Both the position numbers and the translations under genes were made by a program. From Cyanophora paradoxa CCMP329 (lineage: Eukaryota; Plantae; Glaucophyta), in NCBI GenBank assembly GCA_004431415.1, contig QPMI01000436.1, positions 434,001-498,000 of the forward strand: 64,000 nt of DNA, read 5' to 3'. This document shows positions 46,575-58,799 of this stretch, one piece after another. The notes beneath the pieces are model-generated. The model was not told the origin of the DNA and ran no database searches. It worked only from the letters and a program-made list of their open reading frames with translations. The first letter of the stretch is position 1. Each line of letters opens with the position of its first letter.

Positions 46575-49500
46575 TATTTTGATTTGTATACTAGGGTCCC
46601 TGAAAGTGAAAAGGAAAGGAAAGTAGCTAGGGATCCCGGCTCCCGTCTGCTGGTGTATCCACCCCGATCGATTTTCGCTGCTCCTCGCCAGCCCCAGCCG
46701 GGTGGGCTACTGGCTCGCCTCCGCCTCCGCTGTCTTGGTGTTGCCTCCCCCGTGCCCCTTTTGAGACCCCCCCCCCCAGATAGCGCCCATTTTAGCCCTT
46801 CAGCGCGGCCTAGTCCGCGCCGTGCCCACGCCCCAATCATACCTGTTGGTGTGGTCGTACAGCTGCATCGCTTCAGCAGCCGCTGCCCAGCCGTAGTCCT
46901 CCGGGGGACAGTTCAGCGATGCGTACTCCAGGTTTTCCCCACCGCCGCGGTGCCTGGACATTAGCGCGTGGCACGCGGCGCACCGTTCTGTGCACCGCTC
47001 CTTGGTCGGCTGGCCTCGGCGCTGCCGGGATGGCCCTGCCGCGGATTGATCAGACTCGCCTGCCGCCTCGCGGACGCGCGCCTCGGTGCGTCTTCGCTTC
47101 GCGCGGCGCTCTTTCATCGCCTTCGTGATCCCGCACTCTTTCTCCCACTCAGCGTAGGCCTTGCAGCGGGCGGCCCACGTCTTGTGGGCCTGCTCGCCTA
47201 TCGCCGTCGTCAGCTTCCACGTGACCTTGGCCGCCAGCTTCTCGTCCGGGATCGTCTCCCGGACCATGTCGGTGAGGCCCGCAGGCGGCAATCCACGGAG
47301 CACACAGATCTGTGTTCGTCGTTCTAGCGGCGTGAGCGTCGGCTCGTTCACGCGCGTCACCTTGAGCGAGTTGCAGAGCGCTTGCGGGAGCGACCGCTGG
47401 AGCGGCTTCGCGAGCGCACCGCTTACAACAGCTGATATGCTTGCTTCTGCCGCAGCGCGCGCTTCCACCGCTACCGCGCTGAGGCACGTGAGCATGTGCT
47501 CGAGCGTCTCCTCCGTACCAGCGACTAGCCTGGGGCGGCCGGCAATGTCTTGCTGCCGTGTGCCGCAGAGCACGCACAGCCCGTTTGGGTTCACCTCGCT
47601 GTACAGCTCTGGCGCGTCCCGCTTGCGGACCAGGGCCGTCGCCACGGTACCCAGCACCAGTTTCACATGCGTACCCCGGTAGCAGTTGCTTTCCCGGCTC
47701 ACCCCGACGCGGCGGGGTCCCATCGCCATCTGATCGTACACAGCGCCGTGATCGACCGGCTCCCGCAGCCACTGGCCTGCCTGCGCCTGATTCGACCAGG
47801 CGAAGTGCGTATGATGCGCATGCAGCACTGCGGCGTGCCTCCGGGGATCGCCTTCGACCCGTCTCGCGGTTCCGTCCGACCCCTCGATCGTCAGGACCGC
47901 CGGCATGCTGAACTCCGGCGGCAGGAAGATGCCCTCATCGATCTCCGGCTGGTCGAGCTCCCTGGCGAGCTTCGCGGCGGCGTCGGCACGGTTGTTCATC
48001 TCATCAGTGCCGTGCGCTTTGACCTTGACTAGCTCGATTTCCCGGCTGTGCTCACGCTTCGCCAGGATGGCCCGGAATCTGGACCAAGCGTAGAGCTCGG
48101 CGCTGCACGGGTGGCGGACGTAGTCGCGCGCGTGCTTGTGGTGCGCATTCTGAACGAACTGTTTGTACCACGTGCAGACGTTCTGACTGTCCGTGTGCAG
48201 CCGCAGACCTGTAGGCGCGAGCACGTCGGCGACGATCGCCGCCTGGAGCTCTGCCTTGTTGATCTCCTGGAGGCCGCGGAGCCGGCCGTACAGCGTGGAC
48301 TCCTCTCCTTCCGGATTGAGGGGCGCAACATCCGGTGCGCGGGCCGGAATCACTATTCCAAACCCCGCTCGGGCATCCGCTGTCTGACCGGCCCCCAGGC
48401 TCCCGTCCATCCAGATGTTCAGCTTTCCTTCCGTCTCGGCGTACCGAGCGAGTTGTTCCGTCTCTGCCTTGGGCCACACTTCCAGCAGGTGCTGCCAGTA
48501 AAAGTTTTCGGTCCCGCCGTGCTGCAGATCGCGTGTCCATGTCTTGGGCCCCCCGCCCGTGTAGTAAAGGTCGCGCCGTTCCGCAGATTTCGACACGGGG
48601 CGGGCCTCGTCCCTCGGCTCCGTGCTCGGCGGCGCCGCCGCCGCCGCGTCCAAGGCTACGCGCAGGTCCTCCTCGGCCTCGGGGCTCAGCTCCTCGCGGA
48701 GGAAACGTGGGTCCTCGTCCTGGACCGCCTTCACGCGGGCCTGGCGGAGGAGCTGCTGGCGTCTCTCGTCTTCATTCAGTCCGGGATCGTAGTACTCGAG
48801 CGTCATCCGCCCAGCGGCCCCCTTGCGCCCTCGTCGCGACTTCGTCTCCCGGCTCTCTCCGGCGACTAGATGCGTCTCGGGTTCGCCGCCCAAGCTCAGG
48901 AGGGTGTCCTCTTCCTCCCACCAACCCTCACCGTTTGTCCAAGGGCCATCGCACTGACTCATTTCCGGGCAGCGCGCCGGGATCGGGTGCTTACACCGCT
49001 CGTCGTGGTGCCAGTACATCTTTCCGGAGCCGGGGACTGCCGTGTACGTTTCCGGGCGCCCCTTCACCTTCTCGTGTCTGCAGTGACCGTCGCACCGGCA
49101 GTAGAGTCCGGGCTCGCTCCCGTCGGCTTCGGGGTCCGCGCCGCTCGGTATCGGCACCCAGTGCTCAAGCAGGTATTCGAACGCAACGATGCTGCCCTCC
49201 GGCGCCCTCCCTCTGACTACCCGGCCCACGTAGGGCAATGCAGCTTCATCGTGGAGCGCCTCCGCCTCGAAGACGGCTACGAAAGTCCCCGGCGTCCACT
49301 TGACCTTGCGGGCCCCGCCGGGGAGCGAGGCCATGGCCGACGCGCGCGTGCCCGCCCTTCGCATCGGGTGCCGCAGCTTCTTTCCGTCTACCGTGAGCGC
49401 GCCCACCAACTCTCGCCACCACGCAGGCTCGCTCTGCTGCAGCGTATCCTTCGGGGCCTGCGTCTGCAAGTCTCGCCAGGTGCGCACGGTCTCGCCGTCC

Positions 49501-51960
49501 GCAGCGGTCACCGCATCCATCGTCACTGCGCCCGCCTTGTACAGCGCGGGGGCCGCTACTCCAAAGATCGAGCTAGGTATGTGCGTCGCGACGACGTAAC
49601 GTCGGTCGGGCCGCTCCGGATCAGGCCAAGGCGTCGTCCCGGGCATGGTGCGGAACGCCGCGTAGCGCGCGTGGTTCGACACCAGCCTGTACTTACGCCG
49701 CTGCATCTGCGGCATGATCGCAGCCAGGGAGTTCCCGCGGGCCAGTCCGCTGGAGACGGGCGCATTCAGGAACTCGGTCGGGAGCAGCGGCACGCCGAGG
49801 TCCTCCTGCAGCGCGCGCACTCGGTGCCGGACCGCCTGGGCGAGCAGCGAGCCCTCGGGTGCGCAGAGGCGGATCTGTGCCTCCGCGATCTGAGCCTCGG
49901 CCTGCAGGTGCTCGGTCCTTTTGAGGCTGTACCCCCCGTGGCTCCAGATCACGTAATTCGTCGTCGAGGCGGCGAGGTTCGCGTGGTGCTTGACCACCCT
50001 GAGCCAGATGCGATCTAGCTCCTGGCACTGACTCTCGCTCAGGGTCATGAGCTTCAAGCCGTACGCGATTCGGGCCTGGACTACAGCCTCGACAAGGTAG
50101 CAGGCCTCGTTCGCGGTGAGCTTTTTACGCTCTATCAGCGCCACGGCTCCTCGCGCCTGATCGCAGATGTACTGCCACTGACGATCCCAGTTCAGGTTCG
50201 CGCTCATGTGCACCCCGAGGAGCTTGAAGTGCTCGTGGGGCTGGCGGACGAGCCCGACGGGGGTACCGTTAATCTTCGGCGGGGAGGGCCGCTTCTCCTT
50301 CTTCTTCGCGGCAGGGTGGGTCCCCGGTTTGCTCTCAGTCTCGCGGCGTGCGTTGTTCCACGTGAAGATCGTCTTCTTCGCGTTGACCTCGATATCGTGC
50401 AGGCGGAAGAACTCGCCGGCTTCGTCGGCCTGGGCCTGCAGCCCCCGCAGGCTGCCGCTCATCCACTTCGTGTCGTCGGCGTACGCCACGCCGCTGACAC
50501 GGGCCCGGGCCGCGCGTTCCGCGGCGTCTGTCTCTCTCGGGTTCCCCATTACGTACGCTGTACCCGGCTCCTCCGCCGTCTCAGGGTGAGCATATTGCTC
50601 TATCGTTTTCGCCACCTTCTTGCCGCACTCTCGCTCGTGCTGATCCATCCGCACTTGCGCGCAGAGGAGCGCATCGTAGAAGATCAGCCAGTGCAGCGGC
50701 GACTCGACGCCGCCCTGCGGCAACCCGCACTCGAGCTCGAATTCGTCCGAGAGGCCGTGCCCCGAGATCGCCCTGGCCCGACGGCGTCGGAATATGTTCC
50801 TGTGGAGCTCGATGTAACCCTCCGGTACGAGCAGCCTCCGCATCGAGAGCTCCATGCTCTCCCACGAGACGGAATCATACGCGCGCCTGATATCCTGCAG
50901 CAGGACGTAGACGGGCTTCTTGTACTGCTTCGCGTCCTCGAGGACTGCATTAAAGACGTGGAGGGCGTCATCCGTCGAGCAACCAGGTCTGAAGCCGTAG
51001 TTGGCGCCCCTCAGGAACCCGTTCTCATGTATGGTCCGGGACAGGCGCGCGTTCAGGAGGCCCGTGGTGAGCTTCAGGGCGACCTCCTGGAGGGTAATCG
51101 GCCGCAGGTTGTTATCGATGTCTCCGTCCCATTCCCCTTGCTTCGTGATGCCAAGGATGTTGCCCTGACACATGGCGTCCGGCAGGTCCCGCAGGCGGAT
51201 CGCCTCCGCCACCAGCGAGAGCAGCAGCTTCCGGCCCCAGTGGACCGGCTCGCCCTCGGCAGCCTCGTCGGGGTCCCCATCCTCCTGTTCGGGGCGGGCG
51301 GGGGCCGCGCCCCCTGCCCCTTTGCCCTCGCCTTCCTCCTTTTTCTTGGGCACTTCCGCCCACAGGAACTTCACCATAGCGTACGAGAAGTTAGACGGCC
51401 CTGCCGCCGTGTTCCCCAGCGTCTTAATGTACTCTCCAAGCTCCTGTTCGCTCGGCTCGGCCATGTCCCTCTCGTATTTGGCGGGGTCAACGTAGTCTTT
51501 CGGCTCGTATTCGAGCCTCCAGAAATCGAGCAGCACCCTCCCCGCGCTGTCCTTCAGCACGCTTTGAGGCAGTGTTTCCACCGTGCCCCCCACTCTGGGT
51601 TGCCGGCGCTTGCACCAGGATCGCCAGTGCTCTTTCAGCAGCCGCTTCACTTCGGCAGGCTCGTTGTAGATCTCGTACGTTTTTCCGTCTCCTGAAACCC
51701 GAGTGATATGCATGATCGGTCGGTTTCTGGGCTTCTCTAGGACCGAGGCGATATAGGAGCCTAGTCGGCGCCCATCCATGAAGTTGTCTAGCCTGTTTTT
51801 GAGGGCCTTCTCTATTTCGCCTGCCTGCAACGCCCGGCGGATCCTCTGCAGATCGTGCCGCGTTCGGTTCTGCCATGTCTTGAGCTCTCTAAAGAAGGAC
51901 GCCCAGTCTTCTTTCAGCTGCCGCCGGCGCGCAGCGGCCCAGTCATTGTCAACTTCAACG
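46575..51960 (-). mobile_element. 5'-truncated non-LTR retrotransposon (RT + RNase H + C-terminal zinc finger), intronless open ORF
   Basis: RT motifs RPITL, ANYGFRPG, QDIRRAYDSV, GLPQGGVESP, YADD, FKLLG. RNase H: WMDGS...NKAELQA...HTDSQ...VKAH...NRAD. Zinc finger CVLCG...ETLEHMLTC. Stop at 46800, then a short 3' UTR. No AP-endonuclease domain is visible. The ORF portion upstream of about 51960 is host low-complexity sequence. Boundaries approximate. Confidence 0.9.
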
Positions 51961-52154
51961 TCCGAATTCGAAGTTGAATTCGAAGTCGAATTCGCGATCG
52001 GCGACGATGGCCATGGGGGGGAGGACTGGGACGGGGGGGACGAAGCTGGGGTACCGCCTGCAGCTGGCGGAGATCGAGATCCGCTCGAGCTTTGGGAGGG
52101 CCGCGCCGAGGGCGCCCTCCGCGCCGGGGGGCCGGGCGGGGGCGGGGGCGGGGG

Positions 52155-52201
<47 letters not shown>

Positions 52202-53900
52202 CGGGGGCGGGGCGCGCGGGGCCTCCTGGATGAAGCCCTTGGACGTCCGCCCCGCCGCGCGGCTGCAGGGACAGCGGGGGGCCGGGGCGGGGAGGAGGGC
52301 GCGGGGGGCGGGGGAGGCGCTGCCGTGGGGCGCCCCCGGGAAGCAGAGGGCACCGCCGCCGAGCCCGAGCCGCGCCGGAAGAGGCCGGGCGGGCGGGGGC
52401 GCTTCCGCCGGGCGGGAGGGGCTCCAGGCCGCGGCCGAGGGCGCCCTGCGCGCCGGGAACTCGGCGGGGGCGCGCGGGAGGGCGGGGGCGGGCGGGGCGG
52501 ACCTGGGCCCGCAGGACCTCCTGGATGCAGCGCGCGTCCACCTCGCCGCCGCTGGGGGGGGCTGCAGCCGAGCACGGGTGTCTGCGGCGTGCAGGGGCCC
52601 GTGGGGGTCGTCGAGGAAGGCCTCCTGCAGGGCGCGCAGCGCCCACTCGGCGACGGGGCGCGGCTCGAGCCTCCGGCCCGACCGCAGCTGCAGCTTGGAG
52701 CCGTAGAGCTCGGCCTGGCCGGGGGTACGATCCCGCGAGGCAGCCGCGGTGGGGGAGGGCGTCCCCCGCGCGGATCGTCTTGCCGTCCCAGCGCTGGGCC
52801 CCGAAGCCTTGAAGGACGGGTACCCGCAGGTGTGCCGCGCCAGGAGCCGCTGAGCGTGGCCTTGACGAACGGATCTGCGGCAGGGCGTCGGGAGGACGGC
52901 GGCGCTGCGGCGGCGCTGCGCGCGCGGGGCGGGGAGGGGCGAGCGGACTCTTTGTGCGGAGGGGGCATGCCGGGCCCGGGAGCGCGCTGGACGCGCGCCT
53001 CTGCCCGCCGACCGCCAGCCCCGCCGCGCGTCTCCCCTAGCGCTCCCTCTCGGCCTCGGCGCGCCGCGCCGCCGCCGCCGGGCTGGCCGCGAGCGCCTCT
53101 GCGGCGGCGGCGCACAGGGCCGCGTCGCCCGCGCCGTCTGCCGACGCGGCGGCGGGGCCCCGGCCGGCCCCCGCGTCTCCCCCCGCCGTCTGCCGCATAT
53201 AGCCTAGGCCTCCTCCGCTTCCGCTCGGCCCGGCCGACCGCCGGGGCCGGGGCCTGCGCAGGCGCCGGCCGGCTCCGGTTCCCGGCCAGGGCTCCCGGGG
53301 CGCAGACTATTATCATTTAACTCGTATTGAAGTCCTTGATAAGCCTCCGTGGTCAGCCGAAAATCGGGTCTCCCCCCCCCCCCCCCCCAAGGACCCCTCG
53401 AACCTGGGCGAGCTCGGCGAGGGCGCCTCCCAGGGGGGGAGGAGCGGCGGAGGACCCGCTCCCGCGCGGCCGTTTCGCGAGCATCTGAGACGAGGATCAC
53501 GGCTGTGCGCAGCGATTGGGGCGGGGACGCACGGGTGCGGCCGCGCGACCATCAAACTGCGGCGGGGGTCGGCACTCGGGCGCAGCGCGGCCACGGGGGC
53601 GGCTCGCCTACAACAAGATCGAACGGAGAGATGTTGCGGAGCGTTGCGCGCTCGCGGTGCGACGTGCGCTTTCGACGGTGCAAGCAATCCGCACGACGCC
53701 AGCAGGCCTGCACGGAATCGCGTCGGGTCGGGCTGAAAGCATGCAAGTGGATTCTTACATCGACGCAAGATCTAGACCTCTGTGATGTAGAGCGGGGAGC
53801 TGCGCCGCCCGAGGTCGGCGCAGCTGGAGAGCGGCAACGGAAGCTCGCGGGGACCGATCCAGCGGACCAAGCATCCCGCGCAGCTCTCAGTATGCTGCTA
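51955..53900 (-). other. Probable spliced host gene of unknown function abutting the retroelement 5' end
   Basis: Coding-like blocks between C-rich introns (ELYGSKLQLRSGRRLEPRPVAEWALRALQEAFLDDPHG; EVDARCIQEVLRAQ; LPKLERISISAS...FEFGR*). No family recognised. Confidence 0.35.
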
Positions 53901-54229
53901 AGCGCAAGTGGCCTGCTGCGATGCCGCACTCATCTGGCTCATCTGCGGCGACTCTGGCGGCGCTCTCCGCTCTTCATAGCTAATGTCCCTAGTTCATAGC
54001 TGCGCTCGCCGCTTGTCTTGCATACATCTAGCTAAAAGCGAGGTCGGAGGTCTTCCCGCTGGGGTACGAGTTTTGGCTGGGGTAGCCCACGCAGCCCGCC
54101 TCTGCCTTGTGGCGCCCGCGGGCGAGCGGAGCGTGCAGCAGCGATCTCTCTAGTGCTTTGTGCATCTCGTACGCGCGCAGATCGGCACCGAGAGTCGGCC
54201 GTGAGCTCGCACCGATCGGCACCGATCGG

Positions 54230-56940
54230 CGTCGAGCTCGTCGTGCCACGCTCATGATCATCGAACCGCGTCCCAACGACGAGTCGCGGCGGGCTCTGCG
54301 CCGCGATGCCTCGACGCCGTTCACGATCAGAACCTCGCCGCGCCCTCGCAGGATCCTCGCGCGCCCGGCCGTGGTCTCGTGGGTCGCCGTACGTGTCCTT
54401 CAGCTTCGGAGGGCTTTGGGTGCGGCCGCGCCGCCCCCGCGCGCGCACGAGGGGCCCGCGGGCGCGCATCGGAGCGCCGGGCGCCCCGCGCCGTCCTGAG
54501 CCTCAACGCCTCCGCCCGCATCGAGCCGCCCATCGTCCTCCTGCTTGCCAACGACTTAACCCTCCCCTCCATCCGCTCCGGCTTCCGGCAGTGCGCGTTT
54601 CCTCCCCCTCGACCCCCCTCGCCCCCACGCGCCGCGCCGCCTCACGGCCCGCGCCCCGCAGCTTCCCGCGTGTCCTCTTCTGCGACGCTGCTACGATCGC
54701 CTCGCGCATCGCGTGGCTCCGGTCCCGCGGCGTCGACCTGCCCAAGGCCCGCCCGCCGCCCCGCCCGCCCCGCCCCGCCCCGCCCCATGGCCCAGCTGAG
54801 CCGAGCGGGCGCGCAGCTGTGGCGGCAGTGCCCGCAGACGCTGACGCTGAGCGAGGAGAGGCTCGAGCGCAAGTGGGCGGCCCTCTCCCGCGAGATCGGC
54901 GCGGACGGCGCCAGGCGCGGCCCCCCCCCCCCCCCCCCCCCCCCCGCCCCCCCCCCCTCTCTTCCCGGCCCCGCTCACTCTAAGCGGCGGGCGCGCAGGC
55001 GCGTCTTCGAGGAGACGATCGCGCCGACCCTCTCCGTCGAGAACCTGCTCGCCAAGCTCGACGAGGTGCGCTCAGATCAGATCGCTCAGATCGCTCAGAT
55101 ATGATCTGATCTGATCTGACCGCTCTCGGGGGCAGGTGCAGGGGGCGCTGGGGGTACCGCGGCGGGAGCTGGCGGCGCTGGCGGCGCGCATGCCGGGCCT
55201 CCTCGAGGTGAGCGCCGCTCAGATCGGATCTAATCTGATCCGATCCGATCCGACCCGATCCGACCCGACTCCGTCCCCCCCGCAGGCGAACGTGCCGGCG
55301 CGCGCCGGGGCCTCGTTCGAGTACCCGCGCCGAGGTGAGCCCCCGGCGAACTTAGCCGCCACGCCTGGTCCTAGCCTAGCCTAGATCCTAGCCTTACCTG
55401 GAGCCTGGGCTAGACCCCCCGCCCTTAGGTCGCGAGCGGGCTAGAGGGGCTAGAGGGGCTAGAGGAGCGGGCTAAGTGCCTCTATTACGCCTGGATCCCA
55501 TCCAATTACCTCCCCCGGGGCCTCACCCGTAGATCCCTAGAGCCTGGGCCTCACCCGCGCCGAAGTCAGCGCCTCTGCGCCTCTGCGAGGGGCGTCGATC
55601 TAAATCGCCCCCCCCTCTTATAGCGTCGATCTTAATCGCCCCCGCCCCCACGCCTGGTCCTAGCCTAGCGCCTCACACGGCCCGAGGTGTGCGCCACGCA
55701 AACTTAGAACGGACCTAGATGGGCCTTAGGGAGGACTTGCCCCCCGAATATGCCCCCCTCGGTCTCCCCGGAGCCCCCCCCGCCCCCCTCCCCCCCCCAC
55801 CCCCCTCTTCCCCGTAGCGCGTGGCTTCGCCCCGGTTCCGCCCCTCGTGTGGGCTAGCGGCCGACCGGTCGCCCCACCCCCTACCTCTCTCTACACCTCC
55901 CCTCCCCCCTCCCCTCCCCCCTCTCCCCCTGCCTCGGTGCTCTAGAGCTCTGAGATCTAGACCTCCTGCCGAGGCCCGACGCCGTGACGTGCGGCCCTGA
56001 CGCGCGCCGTGCCGTCCTCCCCGCAGGCGGCCGCCGTGCTGCGGGCCGTGCCGCGGCTCCTCGTCTCCGACATCGATGCTTGCTACAGCCCCGCCGTGCG
56101 CCCCCGCGCCCCTCTGTCCCCCGCGCTGCGCCTCCTTGTAAAGCGGTACCCCGGGTCTCGTCTCTGCTCTCGAAGGGCTTCTCGTCGTCGGACGCGGCGC
56201 TGCTGATCCGCCGGCGGCCCACGCTCCACCGCTTCTCCGTCGCAAAGTACTACTCCCCCCTGGTCCGCCCCGCCCCCGCCCCGCCCCCGCTCTTTACCCC
56301 CCACCGCCCCCCTCGCCTCAGAGCCGTACCCCCCTCCATCTGACCCGTACCCCCCCCGCCCCGGCTCAGGTGATGTTCCTGTCGCGGCAGGGGATCCACG
56401 GCCCCGCCCTCGTCCGCGTCCTCCGCCTCGCCCCCGAGCTCCTCGGTCCGCGCTGTGCCTTCCGAACCGAAAGTCATTATTAAGTCTAACCGAGCGGCCC
56501 TCTCGATCTAGAATTTCTCTTACGATCTCTATCTCTATAGATCTCACAAACCACGAGCCATCGCTCCCTCTGCTGCTCTCGCTCCCGCTCTGCCGATGCT
56601 GACGCGCCGCCCGCGCGCAGGCCACTCCATCGAGAGCCTCAGGCGCATACCCCGCGTCCTCCCGCCCGCCCCCGCTTCTCCCCCTCTCCGCCCCGAACCC
56701 GTACCCCACGCAGGCCCAAGTTCGAGTTCCTGTACGCCCAGCACTAGTCCGCCCGCGACGTTATCTCGTACCCCTCCGGCCTCAAGTGATCCCTTGGCCA
56801 TGGTGCCCTGTACCCCGCTCGCCGCCCCCGCCCCCGCCCCCGCCCCCGCCCGCCCACCCGCCCTCCCTTTGTTCGCAGAGCGGCGCATCCGCCCGCGGCT
56901 GCTGTTCCTCGCGGGGCGCGGCCTGCGCACGCCCTTCTGT
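54230..56940 (+). pseudogene. mTERF copy 4 (deleted 5' exons, internal deletion, 3' end replaced)
   Basis: Flank joins directly to ccgtcctgagcctcaac at about 54492. Deletion at about 55325. Same 3' breakpoint as copy 3 (ctg|tcggttgaatg, about 56940). Confidence 0.8.
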
Positions 56941-57065
56941 CGGTTGAATGTGGCCGAGAAAAGTGACAACAGAGCAGAGGGGATCTGGCAAGCTGTATTG
57001 AGGAAGCTATTGAAAGTCATAGTAAGTCTATAGAAAGTCAAATGCGCTATTGAAAGTCTGTGTTG

Positions 57066-58514
57066 TTAGCTTGGCTCAAGTGTTTTAGTACACAGAGCGC
57101 GAAGCTCTGAAGAGTAAAGCATCCAAGTAAAACGGCGCAGACTGAAGCAGAGAAACGAGGTGAACGAAAAAGAACGATGCTGGAGGCCGTCCATCACCGC
57201 TGACACTGGACCACAAGCTGCAGCTGAGCTGCAGCTACAGGGGCGGCTTCCGTTGCCAGAAGCCGACCGCGCATTGTCGCCTTCAGCTGCGGGAGCGGCT
57301 CCCGTTGTCGGAGGCCGACCGCGCGTTGTCGGAGGCCGACCGCGCATTGTCGCCGGCGGCGGGGGGCGGATTGTCGGCGGCCGATGTCGGGGGGGCGGCG
57401 GCGGAGGGCGGGGGGGTAGCGGCGGAGGGCGGGGGGGCGGCGGCGGAGGGCGGGGGGTGGCGCCGAGGTTCGAAGGGCCGGCGGCGGAGGGCGCCGGGGC
57501 GCCGGCATTGAGGCTCAGTGTGGGAGGGAACATCATGACCGTATCTGCTGAAGTACCGGTGCGCGCCCCCCGTGGCGAGGTGACGTTGCTCGGAGTTCCG
57601 CCACTCGCTTCGGAATTGCTAGCAGTTTGGGCTGAAAATGGTTTTAATTTCGCGGTAAAACGGCCAACCGAAACGCAAAGCGCACCGAGCCGGACTTCAC
57701 TCCGGACGGTCCTGCGACGGCTTGATCTGGTACCGGTAAGAAACAGGTACGCGGTTATATGAATTCGAAGGAATTCGATGGCACCCGCAAGATACCGCGA
57801 GAGATGCAATGTCCGGTCTACCTGCTGCTCCGCCTTCACCGCGCGCTGCTTCATCTCCTCCTTTTCCTTCTGGGCGTGATCCGCCCGCTGCTCCGCGAGA
57901 GCCGCCTGCTGCTCCGCCCTCACCGCGCGCTGCTTCATCTCCTCCTTTTCCTTCTGGGCGTGATCCGCCCGCTGCTCCGCGAGAGCCGCCTGCTGCTCCG
58001 CCCTCACCGCGCGCTGCTTCATCTCCTCCTTTTCCTTCCGGGCGTGATCCGCCTGCTGCTTCGCTAGAGCCGCCTGCTGCTCCGCCCTCACCGCGCGCTG
58101 CTTCATCTCCTCCTTCTCCTTCTGGGCGTGATCCGCCTGCTGCTCTGCCTTCACCGCGCGCTGCTTCATCTCCTCCTTTTCCTTCTGCGCGTGATCCGCC
58201 TGCTGCTTCGCTAGAGCCGCCTGCTGCTCTGCGAGAGCCGCCCGCTGCTCCGCGAGAGCCGCCCGCTGGAGGATGTAGTGGACGAATACAGCGGCCAGAA
58301 CCCCGAAGGCCGCCATTAGGCTTGCAGGGTCAGCCTGCACGGCGTCTGAGTGGGAGAACCGCTGCAACTGGATATCCGAAATGCAGTGCACCGCGTTAGC
58401 GAACGGCGCGGCGACAAGATTCTCTCGCTGGGCGACCGCCGCGGCAGCCATCACTGCCAGCAGTAGATTCATGATTACCTGCACGGAAAACTCGCGTTTG
58501 CGAAAGACACGCAC
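57066..58514 (-). CDS. Hypothetical membrane-anchored coiled-coil repeat protein, copy B (boundaries approximate)
   Basis: Paralog of 43000-44440 with 5 KEKEEMK repeat units. A 5-nt insertion at about 57645 relative to copy A extends the ORF. Confidence 0.55.
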   Translation of the reverse strand: MRVFRKREFSVQVIMNLLLAVMAAAAVAQRENLVAAPFANAVHCISDIQLQRFSHSDAVQADPASLMAAFGVLAAVFVHYILQRAALAEQRAALAEQQAALAKQQADHAQKEKEEMKQRAVKAEQQADHAQKEKEEMKQRAVRAEQQAALAKQQADHARKEKEEMKQRAVRAEQQAALAEQRADHAQKEKEEMKQRAVRAEQQAALAEQRADHAQKEKEEMKQRAVKAEQQVDRTLHLSRYLAGAIEFLRIHITAYLFLTGTRSSRRRTVRSEVRLGALCVSVGRFTAKLKPFSAQTASNSEASGGTPSNVTSPRGARTGTSADTVMMFPPTLSLNAGAPAPSAAGPSNLGATPRPPPPPPRPPPLPPRPPPPPPRHRPPTIRPPPPATMRGRPPTTRGRPPTTGAAPAAEGDNARSASGNGSRPCSCSSAAACGPVSAVMDGLQHRSFSFTSFLCFSLRRFTWMLYSSELRALCTKTLEPS

Positions 58515-58799
58515 CGAGTCAAGGGCTATATTCCGGAGGACAGGGGGCGCCCGGCTGAGCTTTGGGCGACGGACAAAGGGGCTGAGCTGGGGTTGCGGCT
58601 AGCGCTCAGACCCGCTCAGGCTGGCAGGGTACACGTAAGTTTGAACCGCAACCTCCTTCCTTTTGCCATCTGCCTCGATCTGCCTTCGCGATCCGATTGA
58701 GATCTGCATCTTACTCTTCGTCTCGGTCGTTTGCGAGGGCCGCGGCTCAAGCTCCTGTGCCTCGGTCACGCGTCCCGCCATCGCAGGGGCGCATGCAGA

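Noticed and set aside
31596-51960. Diversity-generating retroelement (RT near hypervariable repeats)
   Set aside because: The RT is a LINE-type enzyme with RNase H, no intronless template repeat is visible, and differences among cassettes are not adenine-specific. Proximity is adequately explained by a TE-rich accessory region.
46568-52065. ctgcagct as target-site duplication of the retroelement
   Set aside because: The motif is very common in this palindrome-rich DNA, and the second copy lies ~100 bp beyond the apparent 5' end.
52130-52212. Long poly-G tract as a functional G-quadruplex element
   Set aside because: C/G homopolymers occur in many introns here and their lengths are unreliable in assemblies; nothing specific supports a function.
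51960-52646. N-terminal ~230 aa of the 1948-aa ORF as a genuine part of the retroelement protein
   Set aside because: It is Pro/Arg-rich low-complexity translation through host introns and a poly-C tract; it stays open only because of high GC.
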